Origin: Octopus sinensis | Lineage: Eukaryota | Length of the DNA stretch: 64,000 nucleotides | Assembly (NCBI RefSeq): GCF_006345805.1 | Contig: NC_042998.1 | Coordinates: forward strand, 101,866,001-101,930,000 | Reading direction: 5' to 3' | Shown here: positions 13,047-26,299 of the stretch, piece after piece | How positions within the stretch are numbered: position 1 is the first letter of the stretch | Layout: the number at the start of each line of letters is the position of its first letter | Made by a program: the position numbers and the translations under genes | The notes under the pieces: model-generated | Told to the model about the DNA's origin: nothing | What the model saw: only the letters and a program-made list of their open reading frames with translations | The model's database searches: none

Positions 13047-13412
13047 GGCTGTGTGGTAAGTAGCTTGCTTACCAACCACATGGTTCCAGGTTCAGTTCCA
13101 CTGCGTGGCACCTTGGGCAAGTGTCTTCTACTATAGCCTCGGGCCGACTAAAGCGTTGAGAGTGGATTTGGTAGACAGAAACTGAAAGAAGCCCGTCGTA
13201 TTTATGTATATAAATGTATGTGTGTGTATATGCTTGTGTGTGTGTTTTTGCCCCCCCCCCAACATCGCTTAGCAGTTAGACCAAAGAAACCGATAGAATA
13301 AGTACTATGCTTACAAAGAATAAGTCCTGGGGTCGAGTTACTCGACTAAAGGCGGTGCTCCAGCATGGCCACACTCAAATGAGTGAAACGAGTAAAAAAG
13401 GAAAAGAGTACG
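13047..13412 (+). mobile_element. tRNA-derived CORE-type SINE, near full length
   Basis: tRNA-like head, GGCACCTTGGGCAAGTGTCTTC core-like segment, AAGAGTA tail; several homologous copies in the window. Confidence 0.85.
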
Positions 13413-14120
13413 TTGTCATCTACTTTCTAGACATAGTGAATGAGGAAGTGTCCTTCTAATATGTTCTTCCCTTTCTTAATGAAGTTAATGAGATATTATT
13501 ACTATTTCTAGTAAATCTGGCTGTTGATTCTAGCAGGAACAGCAACCGCATGGTCGCTTCATATTTTATTTCATTTCCAAATTCTGTAAAATACCAAAAT
13601 GGTATACTACGGCTAATAAAACTTGTAAGTTCTGAAAAAAAGCAACCAATATCTAAATAAATCATAGATTAGATAAATAAATATATAAATATATAAATAA
13701 ATATATACATAAACGACTGACAGAGTAAGCATATAAGTCAATGAATAAATGAATGATTGAATGAATGAACTTATGAATAAATGAAAGGTTGAAAGAAAAT
13801 GGCGAAAGAAAAGGCTAGACAGGAAAAGGATAATGTTACAGGAAATACAATCGCAATTTATATATAATCATAATAGTGAGATAGTCGCTGGTTCTTCTAA
13901 ACCTCGTTCAATATGATTTCAATAGTAACAAATGCACTATGATTAATTGCCAAGCTGTACAGAGCAAGGTATTTCTGAGAGAACAATACAACATATGTCA
14001 AAAACCGTACTAGCTAGTCTGCCTTTATATCATAAATGTCACACTTTGCAGACAGTGACTTGTAGAAGTTACTGTGTCAGGCAAACGAAGCTATGTAAAC
14101 TTGCTTGTACATATACTCGA

Positions 14121-14157
<37 letters not shown>

Positions 14158-14251
14158 ACACACCACACACACACACACACACACATACACTCACTCACTA
14201 ACGCACATATATATATAAATGCAAACACATACATACGTATATATTTTGTAG

Positions 14252-14412
14252 TGGCTGTGTGTTAAGACGCTTGCTTCCCAACCACATGATTCCGGATTAA
14301 ATCCCACTACGTGGCACCTTCGGAAAATGTTTTCTTGTATAGCTTCGGGCCGATCAACAAAGCTATGTGAGTGGATTTGGTAGACGGGGAACTGAAAGAA
14401 GCCCGTCGTATA
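14252..14412 (+). mobile_element. SINE 5' half (same family as 13047)
   Basis: Head and core homology. Confidence 0.75.
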
Positions 14413-14419
14413 TATATAT

Positions 14420-14983
14420 ATATATAATTAGGGTTCAGTAAAAAAAATTACTTTACCACACACCGAACTTTTAGAAATAGCAGCCAAAAAATCTTAGCTA
14501 TTTCACTACTATAAGAAAAGTCTCCCAGACAATGTATACTAAAAAATAATTCACGTAGGTATAGAGGGAAAAATAACGAACGATCACACGTACATCCATT
14601 ACTTGAGAACGCCGTTTCTGGATTAGTTGGATATAGAGATTAACATTTCCCTCATCGGCCCACGATTTGGTTAGGCTTAAATTTGAGAGCACTAAAAATC
14701 GAGCATACCCGTCTGATATGAGTAATCCTAGACAAATCATCTTCGACCGTCAGCACTAACGAATTCAAAAAGTACGAATGCGGCTTCGTATTCTTCCCCG
14801 TCCACCCACGTGAGTTACAGAGCAACAAATCGCTACAGAGGGATCTGCAGTTTATTATCAGGGAGAGAGAATTATATTGTCAATAATAAAAGGGTAAAAT
14901 TAATTAATCATTAATTTTACATACTGAACACTACTTGGTAAAATTATTAATTAATGATTAATTAATTTTACCCTTTTATTATT

Positions 14984-14990
<7 letters not shown>
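14420..14990. repeat. Interspersed repeat ending in a 38-bp fold-back
   Basis: Shares AAATAGCAGCCAAAA and CGACCGTCA with 4700-4960; inverted arms 14879-14916 / 14949-14986. Confidence 0.5.
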
Positions 14991-15049
<59 letters not shown>

Positions 15050-15275
15050 ATGTATGTATGTATGTATGTAAATATGTTTGTGTATCTTTCTTTGTTTCCC
15101 CACCATCGCTTGACAACCGATGTTGGTGTGTTTACGTCCCCGAAACTTAGCGGGTCGGCAAAAGTACCCAATAGAATAAGTACATGGCTTGCAAAGACTA
15201 AGTCCTGGGGTCGATTTGTTCGACTAAATGCGTTCCTCCAGCATGGCTGCAGTCAAATGACTGAAACAAGGGAAA
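15050..15275 (+). mobile_element. SINE 3' half
   Basis: Homologous to the SINE tail; near-identical inverted copy at 17168-17385. Confidence 0.8.
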
Positions 15276-15280
15276 GAATG

Positions 15281-15680
15281 TGGCTGTGTGCTAAGTAGCT
15301 GGCTTACGAACCACATGGCTCCAGGTTCAGTCCCACTGCGTGGCACCTTGGGCGAGTGTCTTCTACTATAGCCTCGGGCCAACCAAAGACTTGTGAGTGG
15401 ATTTGGTAGACGGAAACTGATAGAAGCCCGTCGTATATATGTATATATATATGTATGTGTGTGTATGTGTTTATCTGTCTCTGGTTTTCCCCCCAACATC
15501 GCTTGACAACCGATGCTGGTGTGTTTACATCTCCGTAACTTTGCGGTTCGGCAAAAGAGTCTGATAGAATAAGTTTTAGGCTTACAAAGAACAATTCTTG
15601 GGGTCCATTTGCTTGACTAAAGCCGGTGCTCCAGCAGGGTCACAGTCAATGAGTGAACCAAGTAAAAGAGTAAAAGAGTA
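15281..15680 (+). mobile_element. SINE, near full length
   Basis: Head, core and AAGAGTA tail as at 13047. Confidence 0.85.
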
Positions 15681-16830
15681 CATGGGCTGCGATGAGAAAA
15701 TCGTCACTATTTTGTATTTTTAATTTCAAGCATGCGCATTGTTTGTGTTTGACTGTCTACTAGACAGTATAGTAGGGTCAGTTGGCCACCGTCTCTGACA
15801 GAAACAGAACTACGACGCAATTCACTCTGCCACAAATTTAGAAACGACATACTGTATTGCTTGGCATTCACGCCGGAAGCTCCTGTACGAGTATTTCAGA
15901 GTGTGTGGGTGTCAATGTGAGGATAGTGCAGAGAATTCGGAAAGCGGTGGATCAGTCTAAGGGTAATTACGAAGGTACGGCAGCTCAGTAATCTTACTTT
16001 CATCGTTATGATAAGAACTGAATTCTTTGGTGAGATCAAGGGCATGTTTGGCAAATATACTTCCAAGACAGTTAGTTGCATCGCCAGCGACATGGGGGTG
16101 TCCGAGTTTCTTATCTGGCAGGTACTGCATGAAGGCATTCGGGATTCCACATATAAAACAAGAAAGGGTCAATTTTTATCCGAAGCCATCAAGGACAAGA
16201 GAAAAATCTGCATTACAAAGCTTTTAAATAAACTCAAGCATCCCCTCCAACCGAACGTGCTTTGGTTTTTCATAGGCGATAAAATTTCTGTCATGATCAG
16301 AAGGTGATCACAGTACAACCTTTGGCTTGCCATGTCCCCAGAACATGTACATCCAGTTAACATCATGGTGTTTGGAGTGATCATTAGTGATGGCAAGGTT
16401 ATGCCTCCATTCGTCTTCCCACACAGCCTCAGATTCGAAACGGAAGCCTACATCAAGTGCCTAAGGAGGGTAGTGATGACCCGGGTCAAGAGACTGACTG
16501 TTGGTAGACCCTATGTCTGGTAACAGGACTCTGCACAATACCACACAAGCATGAGGACCCATTCATGACTGTCAGACAATTTCTGCGACCATATCGCCCT
16601 AACATCTGACCACCTAACTCCACAGACTGCAATTTCCTTGATTATTATGTGCGTAGCGCAGTTGAGCGAGAGATCAACAAACACCTTGTAACCCAAAAGA
16701 TGAACTGAAGGCAAAGATTATGGCAGCATTGACCAACTAAAAGAAGCAAACCGCCCAGAAGAGTTGCAAGAGATTCAGAGTCGTTTGGAGACCGTGGTTG
16801 AAGCATATGGCGATTTTATTGTATAACTGT
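15680..16830 (+). mobile_element. Degenerate Tc1/mariner (maT/DD37D-like) transposon
   Basis: Frameshifted transposase: LWFFIGDK (WFFSDEK-like), HPVNIMVFGVI, RPYVW*QDSA, degenerate WPPNSPD region. Confidence 0.85.
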
Positions 16831-16893
16831 ATTTTAATACAATTAGGATAACCATTTTTAACACAACAATGCTTATACAAAGCTTTACATTTT

Positions 16894-16934
16894 GCCTTTG
16901 ATAAACTTTTAAAAAAAGTGAAACCGGTCAAGTC
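16894..16934 (+). ncRNA. Hammerhead-like motif with U3-A8 core (TTGATAA), imperfect stem I
   Basis: Stem II ACTTT/AAAGT, GAAA, palindromic ACCGGT, GTC triplet. Confidence 0.55.
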
Positions 16935-17083
16935 AATAAGACCCCTGCATTTTCAAACTCTCTTTTATATATATATATATATAATATATATATATTATAT
17001 ATATATATAGTATATAATATATATATGTATGTACATATATATATGTATGTACATATATATATGCATATATATATATCATGTAT

Positions 17084-17167
<84 letters not shown>

Positions 17168-17170
<3 letters not shown>

Positions 17171-17385
17171 ATTTGACTGCAGCCATGCTGGAGGAACGTA
17201 TTTAGTCGAACAAATCGACCCCAGGACTTAGTCTTTGCAAGCCATGTACTTATTCTATTGGGTACTTTTGCCGACCCGCTAAGTTTCGGGGACGTAAACA
17301 CACCAACATCGGTTGTCAAGAGATGGTGGGGGAACAAAGAAAGATACACAAACATATTTACATACATACATACATACATACTTTA
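17168..17385 (-). mobile_element. SINE 3' half, inverted near-identical copy of 15050-15262
   Basis: About 3 differences in about 205 bp by manual comparison. Confidence 0.8.
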
Positions 17386-17525
17386 ATTTAAATATTTTAA
17401 TTTGGAATTTTATATTTTATATTTTTTATATTTTTATTTTATATTATTTTAATTAATTTTTTTCTATGTATTGGCTTATGATTTTCACTGTTTGATTTGC
17501 CTATTAGTGGTTTTATCTCTATTTA

Positions 17526-17601
<76 letters not shown>

Positions 17602-17683
17602 ATATATTATATATGTATATGTATGCATATACATGTATATATCTATCTCTATATACATGCATACATATATATATATATATATA

Positions 17684-17733
<50 letters not shown>

Positions 17734-19234
17734 ATATATATAATGTACATATATATTTGTTATGCATACATACATACACGCATATACATTTTGGCTACAT
17801 CGAAGCTCACGTAAGAATAAACAATGCCATCCACGCCATTTTCCATAAATGGAGGAAGGAATTAATGTGTATTTCAGCATGTTATCTCTATAGATATAGA
17901 CGCCCAAATCACTTGTTAGTCAAAATCTCAATTTACTCTCCTGTTACGTTAATTAATCTTAGAGTATTTGTACAGCAACAAGAGAATAGTTTCAGAAGCA
18001 GCAGCAGTAGCAGCAACAATACTTCATTAAAATTATACGTGTATTTCCTCGATTTTGTAGGCCTGCGTTCTATTATATCTGACAGGAAAATCTGTCAGTT
18101 CTTTCAGAATTATAATGGTACGATGTTTAATTTTCTGCAGCGTAACTCAATATATGCAACTTACAGAAATCTACGACACACGAATTATACTAGACAATGA
18201 GTGCCCAAACATATTTCGTGGGTAAATGAGAGTATTACAGATTAAGCGGGAATTAATCCGATAGTCATTAAGTGGACGCCAGTGTCTGGTTTTATTCATT
18301 TATTAATAATAGTTAACTGATTTTATACATTTGGTAGATTTAGTTGTCTATAACAATATGCTATTTTTGCAAGTGAGAATTATTCATACGGAATGTATAT
18401 TATGCCAATTTAACTGAAATAATATTGAAACTTAAAAGCGTAAATAAAATGTCGTTATGAATAATATACATGCTGTTGCTTAAGTAGAGCTATGATCGAA
18501 GACATTCTAGGTGTGACCATTTCATCTGATATTCAGGTATTATTGCATGTAGAACTTTATTTGAGATACAAGAAACATTTCATTTTTAGTAGGCTCACTC
18601 ATTGAGTAGAGGCACCTTCGTTGCCTACAGAGGCTTGTGATACGGGATGTGACACGGTATTTGACAACGTATCTGATACAGAGTACAACAACGCTTAAAT
18701 AAATCGTTCTTATCAATTTCTCGAATTTTGTTGTCATTGGACACAATCATGAATTTCTGCATTGAATCTACTTGTGCAATCATAGAGCAAAAATACAGGT
18801 TTCTTACAAAAAATATTATTCTATCGTGGAAGTTTCTACTGAGAAGATAATTTGCTTTTTCTCCACTTAATATATGAAAGATACAAGTTAAAGAACTAGG
18901 ATTCTAAGTAGTTGTTTGACCATCTAGACATAGCGGTCAAATATTTAATTTATACATATCATACAAACATCAAATAATGCAGGTTTAGCTGTAAAATAGT
19001 CGATACAAGAGCCGGATTGCTATAGCTAGAATTATATGTTCGTTCAGTCATGGTTGATCATCAGTTAAATAACAAAGCCATCAAATGCTTAAAGGTACAT
19101 TGGATAGTTTACTCTCTGATATAAAGACGAAAACGCCGTCATAAATCAACACTATCAATGATGATCTGGAACTAAAGAATAACGATAAGAATATTAAACA
19201 TCAGGTGAATTGTATTTAAAGGATCGATTCAGGC

Positions 19235-19345
19235 CCATTGCGTTACACTTTGGGAAAGAGTGTTTCTACTATTGCCTCAGGCTTAACAAAGCCTTGCGAG
19301 TGGAGTTTGTAGACGGAAACTCAAAGAAACCCGATGTACACACAA
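19235..19345 (+). mobile_element. Degenerate SINE core fragment
   Basis: Homology to the 13110-13200 segment. Confidence 0.6.
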
Positions 19346-19957
19346 ATGCACAGACATAACACAAACACGCACACAAACATACAAACATACATACACATAC
19401 AAACACAAACACACAAACACACACACACACATAGTAAGCAGGGGGAGGAATAGAATTTTGATTATCCTCGAAGAAAGAAGAAAACAGTTTACATGGTTCT
19501 TATATATGTTAAATGAAAGAGTATTATGGTTGTCGACCGATTTCGCTTTCGGTGATCATGACTTTGAAATTATTGTAATATCGTATTTTTTTCAAAAAAG
19601 ACTTTAGTCCATGTTCTCGTATGAAAGTTTGTTAATGAATCAACAGGTATATTCATTCACAACCTTTCATACAACAGTATGAACTAAAATCTTCTTAATA
19701 AAATGCGAAATTATAATAATTTTAATGTCAAGATTAGCGAAAGCAAAACTGGTCGACAGCCACAGTACTCTTTCATTTAAAATATATTAGAGCGATGTAA
19801 ACTGTGTGCATTCTCTTTCTTTTATTTTACACACACACATATATATATATATATTGATAGAAATGGCAAGACAACAAAAAATGAAAGAGACCTCGATATT
19901 ATGTAAATAGAAGAATTTATTTGTAAATATAATATCCGACAACTATTCAGTAGGCAT

Positions 19958-20018
19958 GATAAAACTCCGAGTTTCGGATGTCCAGGCGGAACCCCACGCC
20001 GGCATCTCTTCAGTTATC
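19958..20018 (-). ncRNA. Type I hammerhead ribozyme in a short repeat (about 19850-20110)
   Basis: Stem I GATAA/TTATC; core CTGAAGA and GAAA; GC-rich stem II (GATG/CATC, GGCG/CGCC); stem III ACTC-G-GAGT; GTT triplet. Confidence 0.8.
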
Positions 20019-20883
20019 GGGCCATCGAAAAAATACTATGAAAATGAACGCTAAAACAAAGGTAAATTACTGTGTGATTGACCGTTATTTAGACACACAT
20101 CTATTTAAATGACCGCTAAGTAAGGGGTGGGAATAAAGATAAGAGAGTAAAAATGTTTATAGTAATCGCGTATGCGCGCATGTAAATACATACACATGTG
20201 CACCCGCACACCCATGTACATACGCCTATATGTATATACTCATCCACCCTCACTTGAAGCACACACACGCTCACCCACACATTCGCCAAAATTATATACA
20301 TACCCGCATACACGCTCGTACACACACAGACGCGCGTAAAAAGGTTCATACACATGTCTTTATACGCACATGCACAAGATAAGACAGGGATAAAGTCAAA
20401 ATACAAAAAAAATGTCTAAAAAGAAGTGTAAAAAATAAGCAATAATAGTAAAACACGTCTATATAAGCACATACTTGATGCCAACATACACATACGTCTA
20501 TATGCGCACATACTCGCACACATCCACACATCCACATGTGCGCACAAAAAACTCCATACATTCGTCTATATACGCAAAGGAAGAATGCAGGGTGAAAGGT
20601 AGAATGCAGAAAAATTATGTTTAAAAAATATATGAGCAATAAAACTATGAACCAATATCTCTATAAATATGTAAAATATATTTTAAAAATATATAAGAAA
20701 TATAAGTAAAAAGTATAGAGAAATGGACACAATATAGAAAGCAAGTGCTATCTGTAATCTCAGAAAACGTAACAAATATTTAACCACATGTGAACATGAT
20801 CCGATAAGTTCAGTTCTCAATTTAGAATGTGGCGGGGTCTAAGCTGCTTTTCCAGATGAGTCATCTTTCTTTGTGATATGGAA

Positions 20884-20961
<78 letters not shown>

Positions 20962-21249
20962 TAAGTGTAAGGAGAAGGAAGTTAGGCAAATCGATATACA
21001 AACAATATTAAATACATTTAATGCAAACAAATGTACATATGTATGCATATAAAAAGCAACCCCTTTAATTCCTGATGTATAAGTCGGACATTTTTATATG
21101 CATAGTATGTACATTATTCGTATGAAACATATTTAATGTTTTTTGCATATCGACTTGCCTAACTTCCTTGTCCTTACATTTAATCCTCTACCTACGCAAG
21201 TTCAAGTATCTTTAGCACTACAAAGTATATTCTATACAGAGAATACCGG

Positions 21250-21287
21250 TCTGTCTGTCTATCTATCTATCTATCTATCCATCCATC

Positions 21288-21351
<64 letters not shown>

Positions 21352-21396
21352 ATCTATCATATTATATATCTATCTATCTGTCTGTCTTTTTCACTT

Positions 21397-21435
<39 letters not shown>

Positions 21436-21480
21436 ATCTTTCTTTCTCTCTGTCTCTGTCTCTTTCTATCTGTCAATCTA
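21250..21480. repeat. (TCTA)n/(CT)n microsatellite
   Basis: Directly visible. Confidence 0.9.
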
Positions 21481-23219
21481 CCTAAAGAAATACTAGAGCC
21501 GATATATATTCGAGTAATAGTACTCCAATGCGATGTCCTAGCACAACCGCAGACCAATGAAACAAGTTGAGGATAAAAAATGAAAGAATGATTTTTAAAT
21601 ATATACAATGATCTAGTATTTTATAATATTGAGGCAAAATGAGTTAGTAAGCCCTCTGTCTATCTTTTTATTACATGTAATACACAGGACTTATTTCCTT
21701 AGTATCCATGCATTATATATGAAACACATTTTAAATTTTCTAGCAACCTGAGTAAATTGAGACTTACGAGAGGAAATATTTATATTCCTCAGAACGTATA
21801 AAGCACAGGCTAACTAAATGTCTGAAAAGAAGGGTGGGCGTTTTGGACAAATTCATGAAGATGCTTAGACAGTCAAAATCTTACCTTCACTTTGCCTCAG
21901 GACAGACGCGGTGCGGTGGTGAAGACTCATTCATTGCAAAGTGAAATTTGATAAATAAATACATTGAAATAGATTTACACCATACCAAAGAACACAAAGG
22001 AAAGCTAAGAAAAAAAAAAGGGAACAAAATGAATGGCTGTTAAGGTGTGGGAAGACGTAAGATTCCAGTTTTGATTTGAGTCTTGCCATCACACACTATT
22101 TACACTCTTCGATTTTTTGTGATGACGTTTAACTTCCAGATATTTCGATGCGCACTTGAAGAGTAGACTTTTATCACTGTCTTTAATATGGAGATGTAAC
22201 CAAGTAGATAGCTCAATTGATATTCAATTTAATTTTCATTCATCTTATTAGATTTTTGTTATTGAAACTAGAATTAATTTCTATTTATATATGCAACCAA
22301 GTGTTGGGTGGGGGAATGATTCAGTAATATTCAATACCAATAGTTATATTGTTTATAGTTTTCATCTACAAACGAATTAGAAAGCGTTTGATGTTCCATA
22401 GACACTTAGTAATATATATATAAAGGGAATACTTCTGAAAGCTGGCATTGATACATACATACATACATACAAACTAAACGTTATACATACTAATATATGT
22501 AGATATATACATACACACATATACACATACATATAAACAAACAGATATACGTACGTACATACATACATGCATACTTACATACATATATACGCTATCTAAG
22601 TACACCATTGATCAAAGGTGTCTACCTGATCGCTTTCTCTGCCTGAAATTGCAGTCTATTGCGTTTATACAATATTGTTTCATTGAAAAAATAGATGTTA
22701 GATAATGCAGTGCTTAATAAATTGTTTATCTAGACCTGAAGATCTATATAGAAGTAATACTTTGTGAAACTTCGAAATACAAACTAGTTCTAATGATTAC
22801 AGCGAGTATTAAATTTTAAGAATCAGTTTAATTATAAGCAATAAATATATATTTCGTTCGACAAAGCAATACTGAATTTTACATAAAGGCACATTTTTGG
22901 CCACGAAAATGCTAAAAACATATTTTTATGATTTATCTTTGACGTGTTTTACTCATTTAACTGAGATGTGGTCGAAGAAATAGACTACAATGGTTATTTT
23001 TTAGAGTCTGATATCTATTCTTTTGGTCTCTTTTGCCGAACTGCTAAATTACGGACACGAACATATATTAAAACTAGTTGTGAAGTAGTGGTGGGGGACA
23101 AACACAAACCTAAAAGAAATACACATCGATATATGCATACATGCACACACATATGCACATACGTGCACAAACACGCTCACTCCTTCTCTCTCCCTCTCTC
23201 TCACACACACATATCCATA

Positions 23220-23385
23220 TATACGACGGGCTTCTTTCAGTTTCATCTAACATACATTCACGAGGCTTTGGTCGGTTGAAGGCTATAGTAGAAGCCACTT
23301 GCCCAAGGTGCCATGCAATAGGACTAAACCCTGAACTGCGATCGTACGTTTGGAACCAAACTTCTAACGGCACAGCTTCATAGTT
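23220..23385 (-). mobile_element. SINE 5' half
   Basis: Reverse complement of the SINE head and core. Confidence 0.75.
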
Positions 23386-24057
23386 ACTTGAGGGTTCACA
23401 GATGACATGTTATTGGAAAACTAAATGTAGCTGAACATAATCTGCTTATTGCATTAGAGCTAACGCTAATTTTGTAATATTTGCCGATTTACCATGTGCG
23501 CAGTATTTAGGATGCACTGTCACCCGTGTGAGATCTGTTTTCTTTCCTTAAATCAGTGTTACAAACAAGTAGTGTATTATTATTAGATGTAAAGAAATAG
23601 ACTTCAGTTTTATCCACTTTACTACCTTGGATAATGCTTCGACAGAAACCTACTCAATCATTGACTCTGATCTCAAGCTGCAATCTATCATCAACTCTGA
23701 ACATAGTTTGGACATATGGAATTACAAGATAATTTAATTAAAATAGTCGCCAATGCGGTTACACACACATACATCCGCTCACGCGCAACACACACATAGA
23801 CACACAAATAACATTTAGGCCAGTCAGAGAAACATGAGCACACACTAACATATATGCACATGTCCGTAGATACAGTAAAACAAACCCTCCCATACACATA
23901 GACACATTTATACAAGTATGTGGGCATGATTTATATGTGAATGTGTGTGTTTGCTTGCGTGTGTATGTGTGCGCGCGCGTATATGTGTGTGTGACTGTGT
24001 GAGTGTGCAGCTGCATATGAATGAATATGCGTGCGTTTGAATACATACATACACACA

Positions 24058-24136
<79 letters not shown>

Positions 24137-25578
24137 GTAGATATATATATATATATTCGGACATCCCTGTATGGGAGTGTGCTTGAATACAATAGTAATT
24201 TACGTCCACACAGAAAATGAAATGTGTAGAACAGCTTTCACGATAATCTTTTATTTAGGCTGGAAGTGAAAATTAAGCAAAATGCATTATAAGAAAAAAG
24301 AACAATGTTTTAACTATAATAACCGTTGAAGAACCAACTTGTGTCAGAGTATGTATTGTAGTTTATATAAAAATACGTAGTGGGAAATTAACTTGAAGGT
24401 AGAAAAGTTTCATATAATCAGTGGTGAATTTTGATACGCAAAGGAAAGAAAGAATTTAAGAAATATGTAAAGAAAGACAACGAATGAATTGAAACAACAA
24501 AACAGTAGAACAATATCAAGTTCGAAAATTTATTTCCGGTAGCATTACATTTCTGGTGGTTAGATTACAGTCTAATGAATACACGGTTTTAGTTTGGTTG
24601 GAAATTTGCAGTTTGTTCTTAAACTTTAAATTAACTATAACTAAATTCTGAATATAGAAAAAAATGTCGAGGGAATTTAGTCTTGCGTATGTTTTTTAAT
24701 GGTTTATACCATTGCCATCAAACTATATTTGTTTGAACTGTTGACTTCAGAGCAATTATTTGCTAAGAATACGAAGGAAAGTAATTGTATTTTATCTAAC
24801 ATGTTTATCATTTGAAGTAAAGTTAGAAAGTGACTCTTTTCTCTATTAAGAAAAAAAATTCCCCTCCAAGATACGAAGTGGTTTAAATATTTATGTTTTT
24901 TTCTTTTTTGCACGAATAATTTGAAATATATAATTTTATACGTTAGAAATACCTGTTTTTATTAAAATATTATGCAAGCTTCAGCAAGTATTGTGAAAGC
25001 TGTGCTCCACTGATGCGTTTAGAATAATATCGATACTACGGTGCCTAATCTTGGTTCCAGTAATAATATTGTTTTTCTCACAGCATATTTATTTCTATAA
25101 ACCATTTTAATGATATATCATTAAATATGTTAACGATCATGTTTTTATATTAATAAACAGTTATTGAATATTATTGTTTGTTTTCTCCGTTTTTTCTTTC
25201 ATTGTGTCAATACATTTCTAATATAGATTATGGCAATGTTACGATATAATTGTTGAAATTAAAATGAAAATAGTGACTAGAAATTTACGGCTTGAAGACC
25301 CTATAAAAAAATTATAAATTTGATATATTTTTGAGAAACATGATAAACATAATTGATGATACATACATACGTTGAGGCATGCACACACACACATACAGAG
25401 GTACAAACATACATATACACACAGACACATACAAGAACCTAATTCGCACATTCATATGAAACAAAATATATAAAGAGATGAACATGACTAAAATCTAAGA
25501 CAATGGCTCACACTCAGACACACACAGACAAGCACACACATCTATGTATGTACGTATGTATGTATGTATGTATGTATG

Positions 25579-25612
<34 letters not shown>

Positions 25613-26088
25613 TGTTTGCAGGCACGTATGTATGTATGTACGTCATTATTCCTATTTATTCCAAGATTTCTTGCCAATGGAGAAAGAGCCAATTTCTAAA
25701 CTGCAATTTCAACATCAACGACAAGATATTTGTGTATATAGGTATGCATATATACGCGCAGATTTATATGTTTTCTGTTATGTATGTCTTGTCAAGCATA
25801 TACTTGCATATGTAGACGTGCTCATATGCACTGAAATGATAAACTTCTGGAAAGTTTTAAAGATTTTCATAGTTCCAGGGATGTTTTAGATAGATGGGCT
25901 TCGAATCAGCTTTCTCCCTTATGGTTTTGAAGAGACTAATTTCTTAAAATTAGTATTTAGGCAGTGTATATGTATGTCATTGTTCAGTTTTATTTCAAGA
26001 TTCCTTGCCAATAAAGAAAGAACCGGTTTTTAAACCAGATCCAAGGCATCTTCATTGGAATTTCAACATCAACAGGAGGGTGTTTTTG

Positions 26089-26124
<36 letters not shown>

Positions 26125-26299
26125 GATTCGTATGTTTTGTTTTACGTATGTCCTCTCAGGCATATCAATGTATATATAGACATGTTCATTTATATTTAAA
26201 GTTTTACAGATTTTCACAGTTCAAGTGATGGATTCGATCTATAACCTTCGAATTAGCTTTCTCCTTTCTAGATTTGAGAAGCCTAATTTTTCAAGATTA

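Noticed and set aside
13510-13630. Open frame ending at GTAAGT
   Set aside because: Unrecognised peptide, weak acceptor, no support.
21870-21925. Minus-strand mini-exon MSLHHRTASVLRQSE with AAG|GTAAGA donor
   Set aside because: Too short to assess and no convincing acceptor; needs RNA-seq.
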